A stretch of DNA of 64,000 nucleotides. Origin: Candidatus Pullilachnospira stercoravium (GTDB taxonomy: Bacteria > Bacillota > Clostridia > Lachnospirales > Lachnospiraceae). The translations under genes were made by a program, and so were the position numbers. Under the pieces are notes generated by a model, which saw only the letters and a list, made by a program, of their open reading frames with translations, had not been told where the DNA came from and made no database searches. This document shows, in pieces, positions 37,209 through 46,343 of the stretch (the stretch's first letter is position 1; every line of letters begins with the position of its first letter). The stretch lies in assembly GCA_018713585.1 (NCBI GenBank), contig DVON01000292.1, positions 4,749 through 68,748 of the forward strand, written 5' to 3'.

Positions 37209-39482
37209 ATGAGGAACAGGAAAGTAAAAATGACAGCCATCCTGCTGGCGGCTGCGCTGATGACTGCACAGACAGCTTTTGCCGCGCAGGGACAGACAGT
37301 ATCCGGAGGCGGCACTGCTTCCGATGCGCAGATTGAGGAAGAAATGTCCGGCACGGCAGAGGTTGGAAACGAGGCCGGGAAAGACAGCAGTGCCCAAAAG
37401 GATACCGGAGAATCGGTAACAGAGGAAGACGGTACTGCCGGTGAGAACATCGGAAAGTCCAAAGTAGAAGGAAACAAAGCTTCCGGCATAGAAGAAAATA
37501 AAAACGAGATTCCGGATGATGCAGCCGGTCAGACAGATGACGAAGAAAACGATAATTCCGGAACAGAACCGGAAGATACGCAGGTAAGCGGCGTGGAGCC
37601 GGAAGATATGCAGAAAAGCGGTGTGGAGCCGGAAAATATGCAGGGAAGCGGCATGGAGCCGGAAGATACGCAGGAGAGCAGCACAGAGTCGGGGAATACG
37701 CAGGAAAGCAGCGCAGAGCCGGAAGACATGCAGGAAAGCAGCGCAGAGCCGGAAGACATGCAGGAAAGCGGTATGGAACTGGCAGATGTACAGGCAGAGA
37801 TTTTGGAGAACGGGCGTGATGCTGCTGCGGATACGCTTGATGTGTCAGGGCAGGAAGAACGCGGTGTATTTGTGGGAACCACATTCGCCGGATATTCGCA
37901 GGGAGAATCGTATTATGAGTCGGATCTGATCCGGATGCTGGAAGATGCTTCCGGTGATGTGACGATCCGCATGATGCTCTACGGCTTTCAGAACGGGCAG
38001 AGCACCAGACTGACCATCCCTCAGTCTGTTCTGGAAAAGGTGGAGCAGGTGCAGAAACGGCTGATTGTGGAGGTTTTTCAGCCGGGATATGACATGGCCA
38101 TGTTTAACAGCCGCTGGGTGTTTGATCCGTCGATGCCTTCTTACGGAGTGCCCGGAGATATGCTGATGGGAATTGACCTGGGCCTGGATTCGCCTTATTA
38201 TTCCGATTTTCCAGGCGCATGGGATAATAATCCCATTGCCGGGCTTTTACCGGATCCGGAGACGGCCTGGATAGTCTTTGACTTCCCGCAGACCGTTTAT
38301 CCCGGGGGCGAAGGGATGCCGGGATTCTATGTGGAAGTTGCGGACAGAGGCGTTTTTGAGGGAATAAATTCCATGCCGCTGTACCGGTATGATAAAGAAG
38401 GAAACACCCTGTATCGCAGCGGATACGGATACCGGGGAAATGCCGGCATTGTTTCGGGAGAAGGAACCGGGTGGGAGACAGTCCGGATCTACAATCCCCT
38501 GGCGGGACAGTCCTATGCGGTTCTTGACCGGGAACTTTCGGAAGGAGACGGGCAGGATACAGTCTATAATTATCTTCCGACAGAACTGCTCCGGCAGCAG
38601 ATTGCGGATGAGAGCGTGGAGACCATTGAGATTCAGCTGGGCGCCTGCTTCCGCCAGGATCAGTATGTTGTGCCTGCGGAAATTCTGGACAGCCTGAAAG
38701 ACAGCGGGAAAAAGCTGATTCTGAAATGCCTGGGTGTGGAGGCGCAGCCCACCTATCACTGGACTTTTGACGGGGCTGCCATGGATGAAACCATGGATGT
38801 GGATCTGTTTGTGCTGTTTTCTTACAGTGTGTTTGACGAAATTCCGGAAGAGCTGGCGCTGCCTCAGGACAGTCCTTCCATACTTCTGGATTTTGCCCAC
38901 AGCGGGCCGCTGCCGGAGGGGACACTTATCAGCGTGGTGGCTCCGGAGGAGTATAACGGGCAGGGATATCTTTATTACTATGACGAAACGGCGCGGACAT
39001 TTACTTATACGGGAAGAACATCGGTGAGTGAATGGAGCAATGGGTTCTGTTTTGTCACATTTTCCGGGATAGAGCATTGCTCTTACTATTATATGACCAT
39101 GGAAGAACTGGAGGGAAGCCAGGTAATCCTGCCGACGGATCCGGAAGAGCCGACGGTGACGCCGATTCCGCCGACAGATCCGGAGGAACCCACGGTAACA
39201 CCGGCCCCGCCGGCTGACCCGGAGCCTTCGCCCGTACCCGTGCAGCCGTCAGAAGGTACGGGAACGGGTACGGTTACCCCGTCTCCGACAGCGCCGGCTC
39301 CGACACAGGCAGCAGCGCCGCAGCCTTCCGGGCAGACAGAACAGACAGCATCCCCCGCCGCGCAGACCGTACCGGATACCGGCGATAATACACAGGCGGG
39401 ATTGTGGGGAATACTGCTGGCGGCAGGATTTGGTCTGGCAGCAGCGGCCGCGGCGGAATACAGAAAAAGCCGCGTGAAATAA
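37209..39482 (+). CDS. Cell-surface protein with a signal peptide, acidic 10-aa repeats and a C-terminal sortase-type anchor (VPDTG + TM + basic tail)
   Basis: The N-terminus is MRNRKVKMTAILLAAALMTAQTAFA. The C-terminus is VPDTGDNTQAGLWGILLAAGFGLAAAAAAEYRKSRVK. A Pro/Thr-rich stalk precedes the anchor. Confidence 0.78.
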   Translation: MRNRKVKMTAILLAAALMTAQTAFAAQGQTVSGGGTASDAQIEEEMSGTAEVGNEAGKDSSAQKDTGESVTEEDGTAGENIGKSKVEGNKASGIEENKNEIPDDAAGQTDDEENDNSGTEPEDTQVSGVEPEDMQKSGVEPENMQGSGMEPEDTQESSTESGNTQESSAEPEDMQESSAEPEDMQESGMELADVQAEILENGRDAAADTLDVSGQEERGVFVGTTFAGYSQGESYYESDLIRMLEDASGDVTIRMMLYGFQNGQSTRLTIPQSVLEKVEQVQKRLIVEVFQPGYDMAMFNSRWVFDPSMPSYGVPGDMLMGIDLGLDSPYYSDFPGAWDNNPIAGLLPDPETAWIVFDFPQTVYPGGEGMPGFYVEVADRGVFEGINSMPLYRYDKEGNTLYRSGYGYRGNAGIVSGEGTGWETVRIYNPLAGQSYAVLDRELSEGDGQDTVYNYLPTELLRQQIADESVETIEIQLGACFRQDQYVVPAEILDSLKDSGKKLILKCLGVEAQPTYHWTFDGAAMDETMDVDLFVLFSYSVFDEIPEELALPQDSPSILLDFAHSGPLPEGTLISVVAPEEYNGQGYLYYYDETARTFTYTGRTSVSEWSNGFCFVTFSGIEHCSYYYMTMEELEGSQVILPTDPEEPTVTPIPPTDPEEPTVTPAPPADPEPSPVPVQPSEGTGTGTVTPSPTAPAPTQAAAPQPSGQTEQTASPAAQTVPDTGDNTQAGLWGILLAAGFGLAAAAAAEYRKSRVK
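37566..37790 (+). repeat. In-frame 30-bp tandem repeat (about 7 copies) encoding (S/G)xEPED(M/T)Q(E/K)S
   Basis: GAGCCGGAAGA(T/C)ATGCAGGAAAGC(A/G)GCG(C/T)(A/G) units were read directly from the sequence. Confidence 0.88.
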
Positions 39483-39502
39483 TAACAGGTTTTCGTAACA
39501 GT

Positions 39503-39549
39503 AAAATGACCGGCAATTCCTTTTTTGAAGGAAGATACCGGTCATTTTT
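39503..39549. terminator. Bidirectional intrinsic terminator between the surface-protein gene and the YhcH-family gene
   Basis: AAAATGACCGG...CCGGTCATTTTT, flanked by an A-run and a T-run. Confidence 0.82.
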
Positions 39550-39576
39550 ATATTCACGACAATGGAAAGCAGCGGA

Positions 39577-40020
39577 TCAAATCTTCAGCTTTACCACATA
39601 TTTCACGTAAGGCGCCGGCTCCTGTCCCTCCGGATGGCGGCAGGGGGCGTGGGCGTCGCTGGGGAAGAGGGCGCAGAACATGCCGGGCTGCATTTCCAGC
39701 TGGCTGCCCGCTCCTTTCAGGGCCAGTTTGTCTTTGGCGGGATCATAGGGGGCGGTTTCCTCCATATTTTCCAACCGGTTCCAGAGTACTGTTTCTTTTC
39801 CCTCCGCGAGAATAAATACATCGATATATTCCCGGTGGGTCTCAAAGGCAGCGTCCTTTACCGGTTTTGTCATCCCGGTCTGACGCATCACATATCCTCC
39901 TGTGAAATAGTGTTTGTCCGGGCTCATGTCCGGTTCTTTTCTGATCGCCTCCAGAGCATCCGCCAGATGAGGCAGACGGTCCGCGTATTCTGCAGCATAT
40001 TCGATACGGTCAACAATCAT
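39577..40020 (-). CDS. YhcH/YjgK/YiaL (DUF386, EbgC-like) cupin-fold protein
   Basis: YFTGGYVMRQTG...ETHREYIDVFILAEGKE...GMFCALFPSDAHAPC matches the family pattern. The start MIVDRIEY at 40020 lies 8 nt after AGGAGG. Confidence 0.8.
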   Translation of the reverse strand: MIVDRIEYAAEYADRLPHLADALEAIRKEPDMSPDKHYFTGGYVMRQTGMTKPVKDAAFETHREYIDVFILAEGKETVLWNRLENMEETAPYDPAKDKLALKGAGSQLEMQPGMFCALFPSDAHAPCRHPEGQEPAPYVKYVVKLKI

Positions 40021-40046
40021 GAGAAATTCCTCCTGTCTTGAAAATT

Positions 40047-40170
40047 GTTTCATTTATTTGGCCGAATGGCCATAGAGGTATCCTTCAGGGTTTCATCTGT
40101 TTGGCCGAATGGCCATAAAGGTATCCTTTAGGGTTTCATTTATTTGGCCGAATGGCCATAAAGGAAGGCT
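40047..40170. repeat. 43-bp direct tandem repeat, 2.9 copies, each containing GGCCGAATGGCC
   Basis: The units span 40047-40089, 40090-40132 and 40133-40170. The unit sequence is GTTTCAT(T/C)T(A/G)TTTGGCCGAATGGCCATA(G/A)AGGTATCCTT(C/T)AGG. The third unit ends at the stop codon of the dehydrogenase gene. Confidence 0.9.
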
Positions 40171-41143
40171 ACCGCATCCAGCGGGGATGATTATAAGCCT
40201 CCGGATTTGCCACCGCCGGCCATCGTTCCCCGTTCATCACGGCGATGCAGCCTTCCGCGCACATGGTGGCGGCGCGGATGGTGGCCTCCCTTGTCTGGGC
40301 CGCGCTGTGGGGAGAAATGATCAGGTTGGGGGCGGAGCAAAGGGGATTTTCCGCTGTAAGGGGTTCCTCCACGGTCACATCCACACCGGCGCCGGCGATA
40401 ATGCCATCCTTCAGCGCCGAAATCAGTGCCGCCTCTTCCACGATGCCGCCCCGGGCACAGTTGATCAGCAGGGCGGAGGATTTCATCATCCGAAGCTCTT
40501 CCATCCCCAGAAGACCTCTCGTTTCCCCGTTCAGCGGCGTGTGAATGGTGACTACATCGCTTTCAGACAGCAGCTGCGCAAGGGTCCGGCACCGTCCGGC
40601 GGCTTCGTTTTCCATTTCTGTATCATCGGCGTAGGGATCGTAGGCCAGCAGTTTCATGCCGATGGCCCGGCACAGCCGTCCCACCCGTTTGCCAATATCG
40701 CCGAATCCGATGATTCCCACGGTTTTTCCCTGGAGCTCAAAGCCTTTTCCGCTGTTGCGGATTTCAAAATTTCCTTTGACGGCTTCGTTGTGACATTCCA
40801 CCAGATTGGAGGCCAGGGCGAACATCAGGGCCAGGGTATGCTCTGCCACCGAATCCGCGTTGCAGTGGGGCGCGATCACCACCGGGATTCCCAGTTCGTT
40901 GGCTGCCTCGATATCGATGCTGTCGTAGCCGATGCCGGAACGGCCGATGACTTTCAGCTTGGGGGCGGCTTCCATTTCCGCCCGGTTCATATGGCCGATG
41001 CGTACCACAATGCATTCCGCGTCCGCCAGCTTGTCCAGATAGTCGCTGGGGTTGCCATTGTTGGCCACATAGATTTCCCCTTCCTTTGCCAGCGGTTCAT
41101 AGCCGGCGGCGCACAGGGGCTGCGTCATGATAATTTTACTCAT
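40169..41143 (-). CDS. D-isomer-specific 2-hydroxyacid dehydrogenase (PGDH/GyaR-like)
   Basis: The NAD motif is GKTVGIIGFGDIGKRVG. The catalytic region is NCARGGIVEE...SPHSAAQT. Confidence 0.88.
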   Translation of the reverse strand: MSKIIMTQPLCAAGYEPLAKEGEIYVANNGNPSDYLDKLADAECIVVRIGHMNRAEMEAAPKLKVIGRSGIGYDSIDIEAANELGIPVVIAPHCNADSVAEHTLALMFALASNLVECHNEAVKGNFEIRNSGKGFELQGKTVGIIGFGDIGKRVGRLCRAIGMKLLAYDPYADDTEMENEAAGRCRTLAQLLSESDVVTIHTPLNGETRGLLGMEELRMMKSSALLINCARGGIVEEAALISALKDGIIAGAGVDVTVEEPLTAENPLCSAPNLIISPHSAAQTREATIRAATMCAEGCIAVMNGERWPAVANPEAYNHPRWMR

Positions 41144-42467
41144 AGGTATCCTCCTTATCCCAGATCAGCAGGTTGCCGTCCGCATCAAAGGGCAGCGGCT
41201 CACATTCGCTGACGATTTCCATACCTTCGGTTGCCTTAACCTGGTCCAGGAACGACTCCGACAGATACAGCTCGTTCATGTGCAGGCTGTTGCGGATGAG
41301 AACCACCCGCACATTCTCCGGCGTAACGCCGTTGCAGGTCTTTACGGCCGCCTGAATGGCCATCCGGTCGTCCCGCAGCACCATGGCCAGTTTCACCGGA
41401 AGAAATACGGTGGAGGTCAGCGCGTTGGGGTAGGTGGCCATAAAATCCATCTTGTTATAGAAACGCAGGGTGGTGGTGTCCGCCTGTCCGATTCCCAGCC
41501 CGTTTCCGTGGGATACATCCGTCAGATCCAGCACACAGGTCCGCTGCTTTTTGATGCCTCCGCCGCCGTAGGGAGTGGACCAGGTGCCTGTGATATTGGG
41601 ATCCATGCCGCTGCCGGAAAAATTTTTCCCGATCTCCCGGACAATCAGCACATCGGTTTCCGGTACCAGAATACGGGGCATCAGGCTTTTGGCGTATTCC
41701 AGAAGCGCCGGTTCTTTCGCGGGAATTTCTTCATTGTGAAGCACCACGATCCGGTTGGTCTCATCGTAGGCATTTTCAATGGTTCCCACGCCGAACAGAA
41801 TGTTGGCATGGGTTCTCACATAGTTGCCGAACAGCGGGATGCGGGTGGCGAAGGTGCCGAAACCGTCCCGGTGCAGGCTGTCCGCGCCTTTCTGCTTTCC
41901 CAGGCCGATGCACAGCATTTTCATCAGTCCCGACTCATAGGGGCCGCGAAACGCGCTGTGGGGTTTGATCCGGTTGACCGCCACGATGCCGTCCGCCTCC
42001 CGTGCCATCTGGTCAATGTAGACCGGAAGCTTTACGCCATTCTCATTCACCTCTCCCAGAAGAACCGTCTCCATGGAAGAACGGATGGGACAGCCGCAGA
42101 ATTCTTCTGTGATGCCGTAGCCGGTCAGTACCTGCCGCTGGCCCCCGGCGGTGGATCCTCCGTGGCTTCCCATGGCGGGAATGATAAAGGGGCTTGCGCC
42201 TGCTTCTTTCAGAAAGGAAACCACCTCCCGGAGAATGACATTCATGTTTGCGATACCCCGGCTGCTTCCGGTAACCGCAATGGTCATGCCCGGACGGATC
42301 TGTGCCCGGACGCCCGACTGGATCAGCTGCTTCCTGGTTTCCGCCGCCACATCCTCTATATGGCTGCGGGGGAATGTCTGGGTTGCCCGAAACATCCGGG
42401 GAAGCTTCACATCCGCAAGCAGCGGTTCAATTCCGCTGTAATCCGAAAATTTCTCTGCCATTTTCAT
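41136..42467 (-). CDS. LarA-like (lactate racemase N-terminal domain, DUF2088) family protein
   Basis: The 443-aa size, the IAVTGSSRGIAN...IIPAMGSHGG pattern and the overlap with a 2-hydroxyacid dehydrogenase gene fit the LarA superfamily. The assignment is from memory of the family pattern only. Confidence 0.55.
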   Translation of the reverse strand: MKMAEKFSDYSGIEPLLADVKLPRMFRATQTFPRSHIEDVAAETRKQLIQSGVRAQIRPGMTIAVTGSSRGIANMNVILREVVSFLKEAGASPFIIPAMGSHGGSTAGGQRQVLTGYGITEEFCGCPIRSSMETVLLGEVNENGVKLPVYIDQMAREADGIVAVNRIKPHSAFRGPYESGLMKMLCIGLGKQKGADSLHRDGFGTFATRIPLFGNYVRTHANILFGVGTIENAYDETNRIVVLHNEEIPAKEPALLEYAKSLMPRILVPETDVLIVREIGKNFSGSGMDPNITGTWSTPYGGGGIKKQRTCVLDLTDVSHGNGLGIGQADTTTLRFYNKMDFMATYPNALTSTVFLPVKLAMVLRDDRMAIQAAVKTCNGVTPENVRVVLIRNSLHMNELYLSESFLDQVKATEGMEIVSECEPLPFDADGNLLIWDKEDTYE

Positions 42468-42597
42468 CCTCCCTGATTAAAAATTGTTTATGATAAGATT
42501 ATAACAGAGAGGAGGAGAGAATACCCTGTCACTATTTTCGGGTTATCCGTCATTTTTTACGAAAAAAATCCCAAACATTGCCGGCTGTTTGTGCAGC

Positions 42598-43446
42598 TCA
42601 GCGCTGTTTGGGAATTTCAAACGGTTCTTCCGGAAGATATGGACTGTCCGGAGATATGTTGATGCCCACATCGGAATTGGCCCGGTGAAGGTAGAGGCCG
42701 GGGGAAATTCCGGTGGCTTTTTTGAAGACCCGGGAAAAGGTTTCCGGTTCCATACCCAGACGTTCCGCCACCTGGGCCACGGTGCAGTCACAGGTCAGCA
42801 TCAGCTCCCTGGCCAGATCCACCTTTTTCCCCGCCAGATACCGGGCGGGAGAGCAGCCGATGACCTCTTTGAACATGGTGGAAAAATAGGAGGGCGTGTA
42901 ACCGCACAACTCTGCGAGAAATGCAATGGAGGGCATCTGATCCGGGTGCTGATCTATGTAGGACAGGGCCGGATAAAGGGAAGAGCCTGCGGTATCCGGA
43001 GGAAGCAGGCAGGAAGGCGTTTCTTTCACATCCCGGCGCAGAAGCAAAAGCAGCAGCTCCGTCATCCGGGCATTGATGAGATCCTCCGCGTAAGCCTCTC
43101 CGCGGATGGCCAGATGAAACAGGCTCATCACCAGAGTATGCTCATAGGTATCCAGCGGCATGGAAATCGGCAGGGCGTTTACGGCATCAAGAAATTCTCC
43201 TTTCGCGGAGAACTTGATGTCAAAACTCTGCATGGCCTCCTCGCCAAAAATCGCATGCTCCACCTGGGGCGCAATCCGCAGAAAGAGCCCCCGGCGGGCG
43301 TCCACTGTCTCTGTTCCGATCCGGATCCGTCCCCGCCCGCTGATTACGTAGACGCAGTGATAGAAGGGATGAGTATGGGCGGGAATATATTCCCCGTGCC
43401 CTTTCTTCTCTTTCACAATACGGTGCACCTGCACTGACAACGCCAT
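42598..43446 (-). CDS. AraC-family transcriptional regulator (cupin sensor + HTH_18)
   Basis: The N-terminal cupin reads HTHPFYHCVYVISGRG. The C-terminal AraC signature reads IAFLAELCGYTPSYFSTMFKEVIGCSPARY...VAERLGMEPETFSRVFKKATGISP. Confidence 0.88.
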   Translation of the reverse strand: MALSVQVHRIVKEKKGHGEYIPAHTHPFYHCVYVISGRGRIRIGTETVDARRGLFLRIAPQVEHAIFGEEAMQSFDIKFSAKGEFLDAVNALPISMPLDTYEHTLVMSLFHLAIRGEAYAEDLINARMTELLLLLLRRDVKETPSCLLPPDTAGSSLYPALSYIDQHPDQMPSIAFLAELCGYTPSYFSTMFKEVIGCSPARYLAGKKVDLARELMLTCDCTVAQVAERLGMEPETFSRVFKKATGISPGLYLHRANSDVGINISPDSPYLPEEPFEIPKQR

Positions 43447-43488
43447 AACATCACTCCTTCCGGTTCCGGTTTCACCGCCGCGAAAAAG

Positions 43489-44139
43489 TCACGATTTTGA
43501 AGGAGCACACTTCTGGATGGCCTCGTTGAGGGACAGCATCTTCTCGTCCAGCTCCGCCACAATCTGGGCGCAGATCCGCAGATCCCGGCTGATGAAATCC
43601 GGTCCGTCACCTTCAAACTTATAATAGATTTTATGCTCCAGACTGGCCCAGAAATCCTGGGCGATGGTACGGATCTGTATTTCCACTTTGGTATCCACCA
43701 CACCGTCGGAGAGATACACCGGCACAGATACCAGCATATGGTAGCTGCGGTAGCCGCTGGGTTTTGGATGAGCCAGATAATCCGTCAGCTCCAGAACCTT
43801 CAGGTCTGTCTGGCGGGCGATCAGATCCGCGATCCGGTAAATATCTGAGGTAAAGGAGCAGATAATCCGGATGCCGGCAATATCCTTGATATATTTCAGC
43901 ATATTGGACAGCGTCACTTCATGTCCCTGCCGCTTCAGTTTTTTTACAATACTCTGCGGCTCTTTGATTCGGGACTTGACATGTTCGATGGGCGTTCTCT
44001 TATGAATATGAATAAACTCCTCATTGAGGATATCAATTTTTGTGGAAACCTGACGGAGTGCGGCATCATAGAGAAACATCAGCGTTTCCCAGTTATCCAC
44101 CTCCGCCAGATCCTTCTCCGTAAAATCCATAGGTTCCAT
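43489..44139 (-). CDS. Small alarmone synthetase (RelQ/RelP/YwaC-type GTP pyrophosphokinase)
   Basis: DIAGIRIICSF, KPSGYRSYHMLV and EIQIRTIAQDFWASLEHKIYYK are RelA/SpoT synthetase-domain motifs. The protein is 216 aa. Confidence 0.88.
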   Translation of the reverse strand: MEPMDFTEKDLAEVDNWETLMFLYDAALRQVSTKIDILNEEFIHIHKRTPIEHVKSRIKEPQSIVKKLKRQGHEVTLSNMLKYIKDIAGIRIICSFTSDIYRIADLIARQTDLKVLELTDYLAHPKPSGYRSYHMLVSVPVYLSDGVVDTKVEIQIRTIAQDFWASLEHKIYYKFEGDGPDFISRDLRICAQIVAELDEKMLSLNEAIQKCAPSKS

Positions 44140-44163
44140 AGAATCACTTCACTTTCCTTATTA

Positions 44164-44190
44164 CCGGCCGAATGGCCATAAAGGTTATCC
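44164..44190. repeat. Solo copy of the GGCCGAATGGCCATAAAGG motif, immediately 3' of the cobO-like stop codon
   Basis: CCGGCCGAATGGCCATAAAGGTTATCC matches the core of the 43-bp tandem unit at 40047-40170. Confidence 0.75.
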
Positions 44191-44724
44191 TTATTTCTCA
44201 ATGCCGGGACGTGCCGCAAGCCCTCTGTCGAAGGGATGCTTGATTTTTTGAATCTCGGACACATAGTCCGCTTTCTCGATAAGGCGTCTGCCAGGATTCT
44301 GTCCGGTGAGAATCACCTCCAGGTGAGGTGGTTTCCGCTCCAGATAATTTACAAGCAAATCTTCATCGAAAAGTCCTGCGCCGATGGTATAAATCAGTTC
44401 GTCAAGAAAAAGGATGTCGTAATTTTCCTCGTCGGCTTTCCGGATAATCCGCTCAAACTGCTCCTGATAATAGCTTTTCCGATCGGCTTTTTCCTGATCG
44501 GTCATCTGAAAGCTGAACTTTTCGCTGGCAAGACCGTCCACAAAAGTAATATTAGGAGAAAGTTCCAGAAGCTTTCGTTCACTGGTGGAATTATCCTTCA
44601 TAAATTGATAAATCAGTACCCGGAGACCATAGCCTGCAGCCCTGGCGCACAACCCCATACCGGTGGTTGTTTTTCCCTTTCCGCTGCCGCAGTAAATGTG
44701 AATATATCCTGTCTGTCTATCCAA
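44191..44724 (-). CDS. Cob(I)yrinic acid a,c-diamide (corrinoid) adenosyltransferase, CobO/BtuR type
   Basis: GYIHIYCGSGKGKTTTGMGLCARAAGYGLRVLIYQFMK and DELIY match the family. The protein is 177 aa. Confidence 0.85.
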   Translation of the reverse strand: MDRQTGYIHIYCGSGKGKTTTGMGLCARAAGYGLRVLIYQFMKDNSTSERKLLELSPNITFVDGLASEKFSFQMTDQEKADRKSYYQEQFERIIRKADEENYDILFLDELIYTIGAGLFDEDLLVNYLERKPPHLEVILTGQNPGRRLIEKADYVSEIQKIKHPFDRGLAARPGIEK

Positions 44725-44782
44725 AAAAATCCCTCCCTGGCCGATAGTTTGTTACAAAAAACAATCACTATTATTATAACAT

Positions 44783-44809
44783 AAAAGGCGGGGCCATAAC
44801 AGCCCCGCC
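44783..44809 (-). terminator. Intrinsic terminator for the rubrerythrin gene
   Basis: On the minus strand, GGCGGGGC-TGTTATG-GCCCCGCC is followed by TTTTATG. Confidence 0.72.
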
Positions 44810-44824
44810 TGTAAGAAAATCGCT

Positions 44825-44855
44825 GCAGTTCGGCCTTACGGCTTCACTGTAAAAA
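44825..44855 (+). repeat. Short copy (left arm) of the dispersed repeat, in the rubrerythrin 3' UTR region
   Basis: GCAGTTCGGCCTTACGGCTTCACTGTAAAAA. Confidence 0.6.
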
Positions 44856-44910
44856 ACTGCTGACAGTCCGTCAGCGATTCCACTGTTTCGGACAATTTGA
44901 TTAGCTGTAA

Positions 44911-45447
44911 TCAGTAGTTTTCCACTTTTCTTTCAAAGTATGCTCTGGGATGCGCGCATACCGGACAAACCTCAGGAGCTTCGTCAGCCATGTGAACATA
45001 TCCACAGTTGCGGCATTTCCAACCCAGAGGAGCGTCACCTTTAAAGGTGTTTCCGGCACGATAGGTCTCAAGAAGCTTGAGATAGCGTTTCTCATGGGCG
45101 GCTTCCACCCGGGCTACGCCTTCAAATTTCTGGGCCAGCTCTTCAAATCCTTCCTCGCGGGCCTCTCTTGCCATACGGGCATACATATCGGTCCATTCGA
45201 AATTCTCACCGGCAGCAGCGTCTTCCAGATTGGTCTCGATGTCGTGAATCCCGTGAAACTCCTTGAACCACATTTTTGCGTGTTCTTTTTCCTGCTCTGC
45301 AGTCTCCAGATACAGGGCGGCCAGCTGCTCATATCCGGCCTTTTTCGCGGCGGAAGCGTAGTAGGTATATTTGTTTCTTGCCTGAGATTCACCGGCGAAT
45401 GCGTCTAAAAGGTTCTGTTCGGTTTTAGTTCCTGCATATTTTGACAT
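44911..45447 (-). CDS. rbr: Rubrerythrin (ferritin-like diiron domain + C-terminal rubredoxin-like CxxC...CxxC)
   Basis: The N-terminus is [37 protein letters not shown] and EAAHEKRY are present. The C-terminus is [10 protein letters not shown]...CPVCAHP. Confidence 0.9.
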   Translation of the reverse strand: MSKYAGTKTEQNLLDAFAGESQARNKYTYYASAAKKAGYEQLAALYLETAEQEKEHAKMWFKEFHGIHDIETNLEDAAAGENFEWTDMYARMAREAREEGFEELAQKFEGVARVEAAHEKRYLKLLETYRAGNTFKGDAPLGWKCRNCGYVHMADEAPEVCPVCAHPRAYFERKVENY

Positions 45448-45663
45448 AAGAAATTCTCCTCCGTGGTAAAAAAGATTATGGGTAACAAAAGGACCCGGGA
45501 AAAATTCCCGGGCCCGTTTTATCATTTCTGACACTGGAAAATTCACATATCATGCGAATTTTCACAGGTTATCTGCCGTCTGCAGGAGATAAAATCTTCT
45601 GCAGAATCCCGAGAAATCGGTGTAAAAGTTTAACTGCCAAGGTACGGTGAAACTGATACAGGA

Positions 45664-45684
45664 AACCCGGAAGGCTGAACTGAT
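45664..45684 (-). repeat. Short fragment of the dispersed repeat just 3' of the reverse-rubrerythrin stop
   Basis: The reverse complement reads CATCAGTTCAGCCTTCCGGGTT. Confidence 0.5.
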
Positions 45685-45688
45685 GAAA

Positions 45689-46234
45689 TTATTCGCCGAA
45701 ATATCTCTTCAGCAGACCGGCAAAAGCTTTTCCGTGACGAGCCTCATCTCTTGCCATCTCATGAACAGTGTCATGAATCGCATCCAGGTTAGCTGCTTTC
45801 GCACGTTTTGCCAGATCAGTTTTTCCTGCGGTAGCGCCGTTCTCAGCTTCTACTCTCATTTCCAGATTTTTCTTGGTGCTGTCGGTAACAACCTCGCCCA
45901 GCAGCTCAGCAAATTTTGCTGCGTGCTCAGCCTCTTCGTAAGCTGCTTTCTCCCAGTACAGGCCGATCTCCGGATAGCCCTCTCTGTGAGCTACTCTTGC
46001 CATTGCCAGGTACATACCAACTTCAGAGCACTCACCCTCAAAGTTTGCTCTCAGATCCTTTACGATGTCTTCCGGAACACCTTTTGCAACGCCGACTACA
46101 TGCTCGGAAGCCCAGGTCATCTCTCCGCCCTGCTCAATGAACTTTTCAGCAGGTGCCTTACAGATGGGGCAGAACTCCGGTGCAGTCTCGCCTTCATGAA
46201 CATAACCACATACGCTACATACGAATTTTTTCAT
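45689..46234 (-). CDS. Reverse rubrerythrin (N-terminal rubredoxin-like domain + ferritin-like diiron domain)
   Basis: The N-terminus is [53 protein letters not shown] and EARHGKAF follow. Confidence 0.88.
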   Translation of the reverse strand: MKKFVCSVCGYVHEGETAPEFCPICKAPAEKFIEQGGEMTWASEHVVGVAKGVPEDIVKDLRANFEGECSEVGMYLAMARVAHREGYPEIGLYWEKAAYEEAEHAAKFAELLGEVVTDSTKKNLEMRVEAENGATAGKTDLAKRAKAANLDAIHDTVHEMARDEARHGKAFAGLLKRYFGE

Positions 46235-46271
46235 TTTTTTATTCTCCTTTTCTTAAAATTTTTGCTCCAAT

Positions 46272-46290
46272 AATAGTAATTATTACTATT
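46272..46290. promoter_or_regulatory. Perfect 9-1-9 palindrome AATAGTAAT-T-ATTACTATT; PerR/Fur-type box upstream of reverse rubrerythrin
   Basis: It lies 38 nt upstream of the start at 46234 and resembles the 7-1-7 TTATAATNATTATAA PerR box class. Confidence 0.62.
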
Positions 46291-46343
46291 TCAATCTAGC
46301 ATATGGACAGGTAATTGTCAATAGATTTTCTATTTTTTTGCCA

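Noticed and set aside
39577-40053. Longer version of the YhcH-family ORF starting at 40053
   Set aside because: That ATG lies inside the first 43-bp repeat unit (each unit contains CAT) and has no RBS. The ATG at 40020 has AGGAGG 8 nt upstream.
41127-42476. 449-aa plus-strand ORF, and likewise 40109-41212
   Set aside because: These are antisense to the LarA-like and dehydrogenase genes. They have an Arg/Gly/His-rich low-information composition.
43489-44139. Toxic small alarmone synthetase (toxSAS) toxin-antitoxin or defence module
   Set aside because: Its size and motifs match housekeeping RelQ/RelP-type enzymes. No small antitoxin-like ORF is adjacent, and its composition is host-like.
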